The notes beneath the pieces are model-generated. The model was not told where the DNA came from and ran no database searches. It was given only the letters and a program-made list of their open reading frames with translations. A program made the position numbers and the translations under genes. Source: Octopus bimaculoides (taxonomy: Eukaryota). From it: a stretch of 44,109 nt of DNA. The stretch lies in NCBI RefSeq assembly GCF_001194135.2, contig NC_068982.1:13649361-13693469 (forward strand), given 5' to 3'. This document shows positions 1 through 11,106 of the stretch, piece after piece (positions within the stretch are counted from its first letter, which is position 1; every line of letters begins with the position of its first letter).

Positions 1-35
<35 letters not shown>

Positions 36-831
36 ATATATATATATATATATTCGCATTTTCATATTAATTTTCCAAAAGGTGTGTGAATAATCTAAAT
101 AATAATCTAGCTTTATGTCTGTATTTTTTCTCTCCTTTAAATCATGATTCCAGAGAGACATGACTCTATTTTTAAGATGCTATCTTGAAACTTTCTACTT
201 TATTACTTTCTTCTCAGCAACCAATAATGACAGGACTTCTCCTTCTCTTCTTATTGAATATTGATTTCTTACATTGGTTAAACGTTTGAGGCAAAAAGGT
301 ATACACCATTGAAAAGGCCTTAGGTGACTTCTCGTTTTTTTCCATTAACTCAAGAGGATTGAGAAGCAAATTCAGTTCCGTCAGGATTTCAGTCAGAATA
401 TAGAAAGATGAAACTAAATACTAGAAGTATTCCCTAAAATGCTCTGCCATTCCTCATTATTATTGAATATTAACATATATAAAGTTGAAAATCTTTTGGC
501 TGAAATTCCAATCTTCTAAAGCTTCAAAACTCTGTAATATTATGGTGTGAGAGCAGTACTGCAAATAGAAATGTTTTCAAATGAAGCATGGTGTTGTAAG
601 TGAGCTTAACTCTTTGAACATGCAAATATGCTTTAGCAGGTGGGATTTTGTTTGAGTAAACCCTTGAAAGATGCAAACACAGAGGACATCATGGTTTGGG
701 GTTTACCACTGAAAATAACAACGTTTTTGCTAATTAAGGAGTTGTAAGCCCAAACCCATATAACTGTCTGCTTTTGCATTTCCCACTATGTAGCCATATG
801 AAATCATGTCCATAAAAGGGTATTCATGGGT

Positions 832-1746
832 TTAACACTTTAGCATTTACCAGGACCCCAAATATTCTCCATGTTTTATGTTCAAACTGACCAGATTTGG
901 CCTCTCACGTACAACATACAATGTCAATCTAAAAATAAACTGAAATCTAGAAATCTAGAAGCAACAAGATGTTCTTTTACTTGTTTCAGTCATTTGACTG
1001 CAGCTATGCTGGAGCACCGCCTTTAGTCGAGCAAATTGACCCCAGGACTTATTCTTTGTAAGCCTAGTACTTATTCTATCGGTCTCTTTTGCCGAACTGC
1101 TAGGTAACAGGGAAGTAAACACACCAGCATCGGTTGTCAAGCGATGTTGGGGAACAAACACAGACACACAAACATATGCACACACACACACACACACATA
1201 TATACATACATACATACATACATACGTACANNNNNNNNNNNNNNNNNNNNNNNNNNNNNNNNNNNNNNNNNNNNNNNNNNNNNNNNNNNNNNNNNNNNNN
1301 NNNNNNNNNNNNNNNNNNNNNNNNNNNNNNNNNNNNNNNNNNNNNNNNNNNNNNNNNNNNNNNNNNNNNNNNNNNNNNNNNNNNNNNNNNNNNNNNNNNN
1401 NNNNNNNNNNNNNNNNNNNNNNNNNNNNNNNNNNNNNNNNNNNNNNNNNNNNNNNNNNNNNNNNNNNNNNNNNNNNNNNNNNNNNATATATATATATATA
1501 TATATACATATATACGACGGGCTTCTTCCAGTTTCCGTCTACCAAATCCACTCACAAGGCTTTGGTCGGCCCGAGGCTATAGTAGAACACACTTGCCCAA
1601 GGTGCCACACAGTGGGAATGAACCCGAAACCATGTGGTTGGTAAGCAAGGTACTTACCACACAGCCACTCCTTCATAATTAATTCAAACTAATTTGAATA
1701 AATTAACATTTTGCCTAACAGAATAATGTGAATGCTAAAAGGTTAA
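832..1746 (+). mobile_element. TTAA-flanked piggyBac-type MITE (family M1), split by a SINE insertion at 972-1672
   Basis: Left end ttaacactttagcattt (832) and right end aatgctaaaaggttaa (to 1746). The two flanking parts (832-970 and 1673-1746) align to the uninterrupted copy at 10886-11106. TTAA plus CCCT-like termini are the established piggyBac signature. Confidence 0.7.
972..1672 (-). mobile_element. tRNA-headed SINE family C with central (AC/AT/TACA)n microsatellite, full length
   Basis: The minus-strand 5' end aggagtggctgtgtggtaag...gggttcattcccac has A-box and B-box-like motifs. The body matches the copies at 18796-19233, 24478-25027, 31367-31762 and 35942-36375. The central microsatellite contains gap 1231-1485. 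Confidence 0.9.
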
Positions 1747-1958
1747 AAGATTAAAACAAAACTGTAAAAAAATTCATGTAACATGTTGCTGTTTTGTGTG
1801 TTTGACAATTTGCACTGAAAATGCAATCAGTGGAATTGTTTCGGTGATAAGTGAAACTGTGATGTCACACGTAACATTTGACTAGCACCAAATTTATGTA
1901 GAATTATCTTCATGATATATAAATAAGTTGCATTGGTAAATGTAAATAGATTATATGT

Positions 1959-2685
1959 TTAATCCTTTAAGCATTCAGTTTACTCTGTCAAATGTAATGC
2001 TTATTCACTCATATCACTTTGAATTAACTCATTGCCTACCATTAGCCCGATTTAGGGATCTGCCAAAAACAGTCTCACTGCCGGTTGGTAGTTGTATTCA
2101 AAGTGAATTGCTTATATACATTGCATTTGCAGAGGTGGGTTTAACAATATTTCGTAGTTACAGTTTGTCATTTTTAGCTCTGGTTAATTCTAGAGAACAT
2201 TTCATGTCATAAATCGCAATTTTTTTACTACAAAAATATTGACTGTTTTGAAAACTCTTTTTTTTTTTGCGTTTCCCACCTATATCATTCATTGATATTT
2301 CATACACATTCGCATTTGATACTATAGTTTCAAAAAAACTAAAATATTTATTACTGCAATTGAATAGAAAAGGATAAATATGCTTTTTTTTCAGCGATCC
2401 CTATTTGGGACTCTTCAAAAAATTTATTACAATTTCCAAAATAATTCCAAAAGAATACTATATATTATTTTAACTCCTAAGACACCTGGTAAAGCCAAAA
2501 TATATGAGTAAAAAAAAAATTGGCAGTTAATCAGTTAATCCTGGATTATCTCATAGCTTTGAAATTTTGATGATGTGGTTGTTTATTTTCAGAGTAACAT
2601 TGTAGAATAAGTCTGAGAGTGGGATCTGACCAGTTTGAATGTAAAATGGGTTGAATACTTGGTTTGAACATGGCCGGTTGTACAA
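1959..2685 (-). mobile_element. MITE family M1, inverted copy, interrupted at its internal TTAA by a second element
   Basis: 1959-2027 and 2535-2685 are consecutive pieces of the reverse complement of 10886-11106. Confidence 0.7.
2028..2534. mobile_element. 507-bp TTAA-flanked non-autonomous DNA element nested in M1
   Basis: TTAA at 2024-2027 and 2535-2538. Degenerate terminal inverted repeats (TIRs): ttaactcattgcctacca versus ttaactgattaactgcca (reverse complement of the right end). Confidence 0.5.
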
Positions 2686-2890
2686 ATATACAAACAATCA
2701 TTCTGAAATTAATAAAATTCAAAATTTGAAATCCTTGCAGTCCAAGCATTTTCAATAAAGGTGAAGCAACTGCATGTCTCGTATATGTCAATATGATTTC
2801 TTTGTTTACAGTTTCAATTAGTGGTAAAGCAATTTTTAAAAGTGGATGAGTGGTTGAAATACGATGCAGTGACTGGGTTGTTAAAATATT

Positions 2891-3104
2891 GTTTTCTATT
2901 CTAGGCACAAGGCCTGAAATTTTGGGGGAGGGGGCAAGGCGATTACATCAACCCCAATACATAACTGGTGCTTAATTTATCGACCCCAAAAGGATGAAAA
3001 GCAAAGTCAACCTTAGCAAAATTCGGACTCAGAACGTAAAGACAGACGAAATACCACTAAGCATTTCACCTGGCATGCTAACGTTTCGGCCAGCTTGCCA
3101 CCAA
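2891..3104 (-). mobile_element. tRNA-headed SINE family B, full length with TSD
   Basis: 17-bp TSD tgggttgt(t/c)aaaatatt at 2874-2890 and 3105-3121. The diagnostic core ctttgc(c/t)tttcatccttt...ggggtcgataaa is on the minus strand. Confidence 0.9.
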
Positions 3105-3227
3105 TGGGTTGTCAAAATATTAATTAACCACTTAGCGGTTAATTTATAATTTGATTTGTGAAGTTATTCTTTATTGTAAACATTAATCCAATGTAGAACA
3201 CATTGCTATATTTTATTTTTTAAATGG

Positions 3228-3620
3228 TCTCAGCCAGTAGACTGTGGCCATGCTGGGGCACTGCCTTGAAGAAATTTAGCTGAACAATTCAACACCAGTA
3301 CTTATTATTTTTTTTAAGCCTAGTACTTTTTCTATCAGTCTCTTTTGCCAAACCACTAAGTTACAAGGATGTAAACACACCATCACCGGTGGTCAGGTAA
3401 TGGTGGTGGTGGTGGTGGTGGTGGTGGGAAACAAACACAGACACAAAAACACACACATACATAATGGGCTTCTTTTCGTTTCTGTCAACCAAATCAACTC
3501 ACAAGGCTTTGGTAGGCCCAATGCTGTGGTAGAAGACACTTGCCCAAGGTGTCACACAGTGGGACTGAACCCAGAACCATGGAATTGGAAAGCAAACTTC
3601 TTACCACACCTGCAGCTATG
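3228..3620 (-). mobile_element. SINE family C, diverged copy
   Basis: Co-linear with 972-1672 (gactgtggccatgctgg...agaagacacttgcccaaggtg...cttaccacac), with a short central repeat. Confidence 0.8.
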
Positions 3621-4949
3621 TTGAATTTTGGTTAGAAGAACTTACCCTGCAGGCATAAAGGAATGATGAATTAACTTGGTGAGACAAAACAATAGAATTA
3701 AATTAAGAAAAACAATTTATATTATTTCATTTGAGAAGAAGGAAGAACAGCAGACATTCTGTAACTTAATCAATAATGCAGACCCTCAGAGTGTGATAGA
3801 TATGTGGCTGTGAATCTTGTCCCTTAAGGTTGGTCAGTTAATTCTTTTTGTATGAAATTGGTGCGTATAATGTCTAGTATGGCTTGATGAAGTTCTAGAC
3901 TGCTCTAATTAGTAGTTGATTAGATATCTTAGTGCTCAACTATTACCATTTAGATTAATACCCAACACATCATATGCATTAATTAATCTGAAGCAAGAAA
4001 CTCTTAATGATATCATCACAAACTGTCCATAATCTGCCATTTAAGACAAAACCACTATTTTAAACGACTGTAATGAACTTTGTACACAATATAAAAATGT
4101 CAAATGTGAGTTATCATTCAATCTGATTTTCATTGTTCATGGCCAGATGCGATGAACACAAGATTTATAAAAGTCAGTACAGACTGGGGTGGGGTCGGGG
4201 AGAAAGAGATGAGCATAGTTTAAGAATATTGTAACAAATCTGAGAAATTATGCATCTTTTAAATATGCATAAAATGCACAAGGAGTAAAAATATGTGTTG
4301 AGAATGAAATGTGTATGCACACACAACGCATACATTAACTTGATGAAATCTATGTTTCTTAGTTGACAAATAGAGATTGGCTAAAGATGACCAATTAGAA
4401 AACAAAATGAGCCAAGTCAAGTACTGACAGGAATTTAGATACCAACGATAGAAATGGGTTAAATAAAAGGAATTGTGTGAACTAAAGAAATAGCTGCAGA
4501 CACTGATTGATAAAGCAAAGCAATTTTGTGGTATTGATAAACAGATGTTGAAACTATTCTCAGCATATTTTCTATGATGAACAGATATTTTTGTTTGTTA
4601 ATATATATATATATATTTATAGAAACCTATTGGCCCATTTTCTTTGTAGGAATTATTCTAAATCTGATAATATTTATATCTTAAGTTGGCTTCTTTCATA
4701 TCAGATAACCCAAATATCTCAAACAATTTCTTTGTCCTGTTTATCTTGTATAATTACTAAAATCACTATTCTATCCAAGCTGTTATCTTCTATTACAAAC
4801 ATATCTAAATTTGCTTCTTTCTTTTAACATATATATTAATGCTAATGTCAATCAATAAAACCATTTAAACAAGAAGCTTGTAACATCATCATATATCTGA
4901 TAAATCTTTTGTTAGTTTCTATGCTCAAAATAAAAGTTTAAATCCTTAC

Positions 4950-5017
4950 CAAAAAGTGTAGGAGAACGAGTGAATTGGCAAACAGCCAGAAGAAATTCCT
5001 TTTTAGGTTTTTCTAAA
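4950..5017 (-). CDS. Candidate 68-nt internal exon of an unidentified host gene, (x)LEKPKKEFLLAVCQFTRSPTLF(G)
   Basis: Acceptor gcatttttctatag, donor G|gtaagg, and one stop-free frame. No homology recognised and no expression data. Confidence 0.3.
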
Positions 5018-5274
5018 CTATAGAAAAATGCTGATTTTAAAATTTTCATGATAAAAAGAATTTTGGTTTTAAAAAAATAAATTTGACTTGCTATGTTCAC
5101 AACCATTAAATGTTTTGTGAAGTTTATATTGCTTTGTCAATGGACAAACTAGAATCTAGTGAGGATCTTACAGCTGAACATTTTTCTATAATTTTTTTAT
5201 ACATTACATAAAACAAATCCTCATCTCACAAAATACTAATTTCCTTTTNNNNNNNNNNNNNNNNNNNNNNNNNN

Positions 5275-5324
<50 letters not shown>

Positions 5325-5560
5325 TTCTTCTTCTTCTTCTTCTTCTTCTTCTTCTTCTTCTTCTTCTTCTTCTTCTTCTTCTTCTTCTTCTCATGCTGGC
5401 ATGGGTTGGACAGTTTGATGGGAGGTAGTAAGTCTAGGAAGCACAGCAGGCTCCATTGTCTGTTTTGGCATTTCTACAGCTAGATACCTTCCTAATGCCA
5501 ATCTCTTTGCTGAGTGTATTTTATGTGGCACCAGCTCAGGTATTTTTTTTACATGGAACT
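5275..5560 (-). mobile_element. Degenerate family D retroposon whose tail has expanded to (TCA)n(TTC)n
   Basis: catgctggcatgggttggacagtttga...tttctacagctagataccttcctaatgccaa matches family D (27933-28130). The compound trinucleotide run 5275-5391 lies at the tail. Confidence 0.7.
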
Positions 5561-5660
5561 ACTTTTTAAATATTTTTAAAAATTTCACCTTGCACAGGTG
5601 GTTAGGGCAAAACATTTGTAATCTATTCCTGATGTCGATTATTCTAACAGTCTTTAGTTA

Positions 5661-5928
5661 TTAACACCCTGATCCCCAGCCTGCAATATAAAATCTCACG
5701 TTATTAGGTATTCTTTGTTTTACAATCCAAAATCTCTAATTTATAGTCAAATTTAAACCTTCTATTATGATTTCAGATAAGGAACCTTTTGTTAAATTCT
5801 AAACACTAATTTCATAATGATGAATTTTGTTGCTTTACTTAATCCCTCCAAATTATCGATTATTTTCAAAGTTAATTAAAACACATACATAGTGTATTTC
5901 ATCAGAAATATGGTCACAGAAGGGTTAA
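5661..5928. mobile_element. TTAA-flanked MITE (family M2), degenerate
   Basis: Ends ttaacaccct... and ...agaaatatggtcacagaagggttaa. The left TIR is degraded. Confidence 0.45.
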
Positions 5929-6849
5929 TGTGCTGATGAATGTGTTTAAATTGGGGGCATTCTACTAGTGTTTATTTTTTTCTTTGTGTTTCTTATCAAC
6001 TTAGAGCCTAAATGATATTCATTGGGTAGACTTTATTAAGTGTTCCGGTTAAACCCACTGATGCTTCTTCTCTCATATTCATTCTATTATCAATTACACA
6101 TTTCAATGTGCTGAATATCTGATGCAATTTCGAATAAAATGCTCTTTTTCTTTCCACTACAGGAAGAGAACAGGCTTTAAACAGCTGAGATATTGAATAA
6201 CTTGAAATGAGAATCGCTTGAGAAATAATTAATCAAATAAGAACTAAATGAATTTAAGATGGAATTTTAGAAACATTGGCCCCTTAACTCACGTGTGATG
6301 AGTTCTATAACTTTTCAAAATTAGACATTAGCATGTATTTCTTCCAATGACCATCAGCATGATTACTGGAAGAAATAAAAGAATATTGTATCAACATCTA
6401 CTTTGTTTCTTCCTTGTTGGCCAGTTAAAACCTCTGAAAATTAGGTCTGGCAAACAGCCCGTTTTACTGGCAGGGATTTTCTTTAGAACATTGGTGGCAA
6501 TATGAACCGTATTAAGGAAATAAATCACTTGAAATAAGTTTACATGCTTTTATTTTTGCTTGACATCCAAAAAAAAAGGTCAACTTTGTAACAAATAAGT
6601 CAGTTTCTTTCTATGGCTAATAATGTTAAATAATTGAATATTTATCTGAAATGGGATTTCTGTTCATTTCATTTTATTGTAATTTTATTTTCTCAAATTG
6701 TGTTGTATTCAGTTTCTCAGCTAAAATAAATTGCATGCAGTTTATCAAAGTGAAAATCTCAATTCTCGATTCTCATCAAATTTTCGATGGAAAGCACTTG
6801 TATTTGCCTTAGTTTTAAATACTCTATTATTCAAGTCATACTGGCATAC

Positions 6850-6883
6850 CTTTAGTTTCATCAACATATCAATAGAACTTAAT
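6850..6883 (-). CDS. Candidate 34-nt exon, (x)LSSIDMLMKLK
   Basis: Acceptor tcttattttcttcacag, donor AAG|gtatgc, and one open frame. Not phase-compatible with 4950-5017, so an exon between them is missing or one call is false. Confidence 0.25.
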
Positions 6884-7204
6884 CTGTGAAGAAAATAAGA
6901 TTACACCCAGATACTATCACCTGCCTGCTCTCTAAAAAAAATTTTTTTTTGTTTTGAAATTTCGAAAAAATTGAAGTTTCATGTTTAAATTTGTAGCATG
7001 AAGCTGACAAACATTTCAACAGATTACAAGGATACGTCTGTAGCTTCAATCTAAAAAGATAAATTCATTTAAACAAAAAAGCAATTTAATTGTATTCACT
7101 ACTACTACAACTACTACTACTACTACTAGTCACATCATTGTAGTATTTTCTCAATGACTGTTAGGTGTTGATAATACAAACTGATTTGAATTTCTTTCGA
7201 TACA

Positions 7205-7400
7205 CATTAGAGCATAAAGAAGAATGCTTTGTAATATTTGTTCTGGTTCTTTACGTTGTGAGTTCAAATCCTGTCAGAGTCAACTTTACCATCCATCCTT
7301 TTGGGGTGGATTAAAGAAAGTACTGGAGTCAAGTACTGGAGTTCATGGTATTGACTCACCACCCTCAAATATGCTGGCCTTGTGCTTGAATTAAAAGGTA
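7205..7400 (+). mobile_element. SINE family B, diverged copy
   Basis: ttacgttgtgagttcaaatcc...gtcaactttaccatccatccttttgggg...gctggccttgtgc. Confidence 0.75.
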
Positions 7401-7480
7401 TTATTATTATTTGTTGTTGCTGTTGTTTCCCCATTAACATTAAACCACAAGCTAACTAACTTCAAAATGTACTTCAGAAA

Positions 7481-8061
7481 ACTAATTTAATATGCAAATT
7501 TTAAATGTAAATATGAAACAGTTCTATATTTAAGAGATGAGGAATTATGTACATTATTTATATTATTTACATTTGATGAATAATCCCAAGATTCTGAGTT
7601 TGATTCCAAGCAGTGACCTGAACAACAACAGCAACAACAACAACAACAACAATAATAATAATAATAACAACATCAAAAAATACCTTAGGAATGAGAACCC
7701 AGGTTCGAAATTTCCCCCAAGACACCTTCTGAAGGCTGAAGGGTATATCAGCCGAAACGTTGTGTTAATAACAAACAAGATGAGGACAAATATCCGTCAA
7801 ATGTAAATAATGTAAATATGAAAGTTGACAAATTTCATGACTCAAGTAGCTACATTGGGCAGACAGGCATCACTCATACATGTCAGAAGACTATGCGTTT
7901 ACCACAAGACGTAATTGCAAGGCATTATGAAGCAGTAAACAAATGAAATTGGTTAGAAAAAAGACACTAGTTGACAGCACTACATTTGTTTTATATAGAA
8001 TTCCACAAAACTGAGAATAACTATGGAAATTCTACTAATAGCAAAACACAAACCTTAACTG
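7481..8061 (+). pseudogene. Decayed Penelope-like GIY-YIG endonuclease relic, interrupted by the element at 7519-7808
   Basis: Manual translation gives TNLICKF (7481-7501), YIGQT (7851-7865) and STKLRITMEILLIAKHKP*L (8002-8061). These follow the order of the VIY, YIG and C-terminal E..LI....P.LN motifs of PLE endonucleases. Stops and frameshifts are present. Confidence 0.5.
7519..7808 (+). mobile_element. Chimeric retroposon (truncated tRNA-like head, (AAC/AAT)n, hammerhead-like tail) with an inverted copy of its 3' end at the 5' side
   Basis: 15-bp TSD aatgtaaatatgaaa at 7504-7518 and 7809-7823. 7519-7575 is the reverse complement of the tail seen at 19705-19763. B-box-like gagtttgattcc near 7597. 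Hammerhead-like fold at 7721-7766. Confidence 0.8.
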
Positions 8062-8669
8062 GCACATACATATATCACACATTAAAAAATTGTTATATCA
8101 TAAAATACTATTGAATAATTTTGAATCCTATGTTCAGGATATTATCAGTTACAAAATTATTCCCAATAACATTTATGACTTAATTCAGGATGCACCGACT
8201 ATAAGCCTGTATAAAGATTTAATTTGAAAATGCAATTGTGAAAGTCTCAAATGGATTTAGTAACTTTTTTAAAAATAGTTTTAGCTTGAGAGCTGTGGCC
8301 ATGCTGGAGTAATCCTTAATGAGAAGGATCAAGCTTGGTTACGTTTTTTGATATAATATGCACACACGAAAACACATGCACACAGCCACACACAAACATG
8401 TATATAAGAATTGGGAAAAAAATAAGAAGAAAATAATACTCATTACATTTAATTAGGGTTATAATTATTTAATCACTGGTTGGATTGGCTCCACATTACA
8501 CAGGGTTTCTAAGGCACAGATATGAGACTATAATAAAGAGAATTGTAGAATAATTTTAAAATGGTTTTAGGTTAAAATATATGGATTTCCAATTGTCACT
8601 TTAGGTCGCATAAATGCTCTGACAAAGCTGCAAAAACCAGTTGATTCTGAATATGCTCCACTTGGTAAT

Positions 8670-9056
8670 GTTGTTGTTGGCACTCCATCGCTTACGACAT
8701 CGAGGGTTCCAGTTGATCCAATCAACAGAACAGCCTGCTCGTGAAATTAACGTGCAAGTGGCTGAGCATTCCACAGACACGTGTACCCTTAACGTAGTTC
8801 TCGGGGATATTCAGCGTGACACAGTGTGACAAGACTGATCTTTTGAATTACAGGCACAACAGAAACAGGAAGTAAGAGTGAGAGAAAGTTGTGGTGAAAG
8901 AGTACAGCAGGGTTCGCCACCATCCCCTGCCGGAGCCTCGTGGAGTTTTAGGAGTTTTCGCTCAATAAACACTCACAACGCCCAGTCTGGGAATCGAAAC
9001 TGCAATCCTATGACCGCGAGTCCGCTGCCCTAACCACTGGGCCATTGCACTTCCAC
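8670..9056 (-). mobile_element. Young full-length tRNA-derived SINE (family E) with (AAC)n tail
   Basis: 12-bp TSD ccacttggtaat at 8658-8669 and 9057-9068. Minus-strand head tggcccagtggttagggcagcggactcgcggtcataggattgcagtttcgattccc. CpGs are retained. Confidence 0.9.
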
Positions 9057-9470
9057 CCACTTGGTAATAGGCAGTCTTTACGAAGCTTCAGATAGTTGAC
9101 TGTAAGATTTGAGCAATATCAATTATTGAAGTACCACAAAGCAAGATAACTTGTTTGATGGTGTCTGGTTACATGTTCATTTGCATGTCAAGTATAGCTA
9201 ATTGGTGTAGTTTTTGAGCAGTAATATATATACCTTGGTATAAAACTCTAGGCTTCTATGTCACTCCTGTGGTCATACCAGCTAACAATAGATTATGCCT
9301 GTGTGTGTGTGTGCACATGCGTATGTCTGTTTGAGTGTGTATTTTTATCAAATTTAATGGTATTTATTTTGGCATTCAGCAAGTTTTAATGCTTCTGTTT
9401 CAAGCTTTCCTCCATTTTCTTTTTGCTTCACTTTGTGTTCTTTCAGTTATTTTTATTCTTTCATACACAA

Positions 9471-9505
9471 ATCTATCTATCTATCTATCTATCTATTTAT
9501 CTATC

Positions 9506-9536
<31 letters not shown>

Positions 9537-9588
9537 ACTATCTCACTATCTATCCATTTATCTATCTCACTATCTGTCTATCTATTTA

Positions 9589-9631
<43 letters not shown>

Positions 9632-9680
9632 CTATCTATTTATCTATCTAACTCACTATCTATCTATCTATCTATCTCTC
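9471..9680. repeat. (TCTA)n/(TC)n compound microsatellite
   Basis: Direct inspection. It explains ORFs 9335..9736 and 9423..9809. Confidence 0.95.
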
Positions 9681-10375
9681 ATATTCTCACTCTCCATACC
9701 TTTGGTATTTTATCACATTACCTCTCTAACATATAGATGTATCTTTCTTCTTTCCACCTTATTTCTTCTTACTCTCTGTTTCTCTGTTCTGCCTCCTCTC
9801 TCTATTTAACTGTCTTTTGCACAGTTACTTGTTTCACAAGCCGCCGACTCTTCCAACCAATCAATTCCTCACCAATCTATTTATTTATCTAATCAACTGC
9901 AATTTATAACACTGCCTTTCCCTTTCTATTTTATTCTCAGCACAACTGCTTTTTCCTTATTCAAAGAGGGGGGAACTAAGCAACAAAATCCTTGACACAT
10001 GAGTATTTCATATATTGAGATATATATCTATGACATTTATCTTTCTATGATTTTCTCTTGTTTTACATTAGCTTGTTTCAACTAGCATAAGAGAACGAGT
10101 TTTATTTTAAAGTATTGGGAATATTCATATGAGAATTACTGAAACAACCAGGTAGGAGTTATTCTACAGAAATGTGCAATTTAAACAGCTTATACTAGTT
10201 AATAAGAATGTCACTTTTGCACTACTTTCTGCACAAACCTTGAATATTGAAGTGTAATTCAGAAGTACAGATTTAAGTACAATAACGATACTTTAATACT
10301 TATGTAATATATTAAAAGCAGTCAAATATGATCTCTCATTATAAACCAGCTACATGATTTGGGATATTAGTTTCT

Positions 10376-10745
10376 CTAAGCTCCATAAACCCAGTGGAGC
10401 AGGTGGGCTGTGATGGGACAGCACCTAACTGGTTGGGTGCTACCCAGCTTGAGACAGGTGGTAGCTGTCCAGTGAGGCACAACAGCCTCTTGCTCCGCCA
10501 AAAGCAACCCGTGGTGCATTGCTCTTACATCAGTTATGTGCAGGCTTAAAACCGGTAGACTGCTGCTTTCCATGTTTTACTGCTGTGGTTAGACAGCACT
10601 GGAGTGTCCTCTCCAAGGCACAGGCCTGGGCAGTTTTTGTATGGAAGATCAACAGTTGCCCATGCAGCATGTCTCCCTCTCCACCAGTGTTATTCAAAGG
10701 AAGGGTGGGGGCCAATATGACTTGGCACAAATGGGGTCACAGTAG
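10376..10745. mobile_element. GC-richer interspersed repeat fragment (SINE body or retrotransposon UTR-like)
   Basis: Sharp GC rise. The distal part (aatatgacttggcac) resembles 22324-22345 (aatacaacttggcacc), which continues into a tRNA-like head. Confidence 0.5.
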
Positions 10746-10885
10746 TTCCCAGAACAAGGTTGTCTACAGCATGGAACTGCCTTAGGGACTCCAGCTCAAG
10801 AATAACAACTCTAGTATGAGTAAACGTCTATGAAGGGGCCACCATAATGTTGCTTGGTCTGATAGAAATAATAACCAAATCTTCC

Positions 10886-11106
10886 TTAACCCATTAGAAT
10901 TTAAACTGGCCACCTTCATCTCAAATACTCTATTTTGTTTTGTTTCCAAACTGGCCTGAGATCCAACTTCTCAGACTTACCTTGCAATGTCATGTAAACA
11001 TGAATGATCACATTGAAATCTCGAAGTTAATTAATAATTAATTAAAAAGGAATGTGAATAAATAAGCATCACATTTGAAAGAGTAATCTGAATACTAAAG
11101 GGTTAA
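10886..11106 (+). mobile_element. Uninterrupted 221-bp piggyBac-type MITE (family M1)
   Basis: TIRs ttaacccattagaatt and aatactaaagggttaa, with TTAA at both ends. Confidence 0.8.

Noticed and set aside
955-1682. ORFs 955..1551, 1100..1555, 1134..1682 and 1144..1644, and the similar sets at 24375-25008 and 32571-33353
   Set aside because: They stay open only through N-runs and microsatellites, and the rest translates SINE sequence.
2546-2908. 120-aa minus-strand ORF
   Set aside because: It overlaps an M1 MITE at one end and a SINE B tail and TSD at the other. No recognisable domain.
6163-6900. Strong plus-strand acceptor (ctttttctttccactacag) followed by stops and AT-rich DNA, as a terminal exon and 3' UTR
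   Set aside because: All frames close within 11 codons, no upstream exon could be linked, and no clear polyadenylation context was found.
8985-9056. tRNA-like sequences here and at 19540-19613, 22420-22498 and 33678-33745
   Set aside because: They have A/B boxes but no complete cloverleaf or acceptor stem, and they continue into SINE bodies, so they are SINE heads and not tRNA genes.
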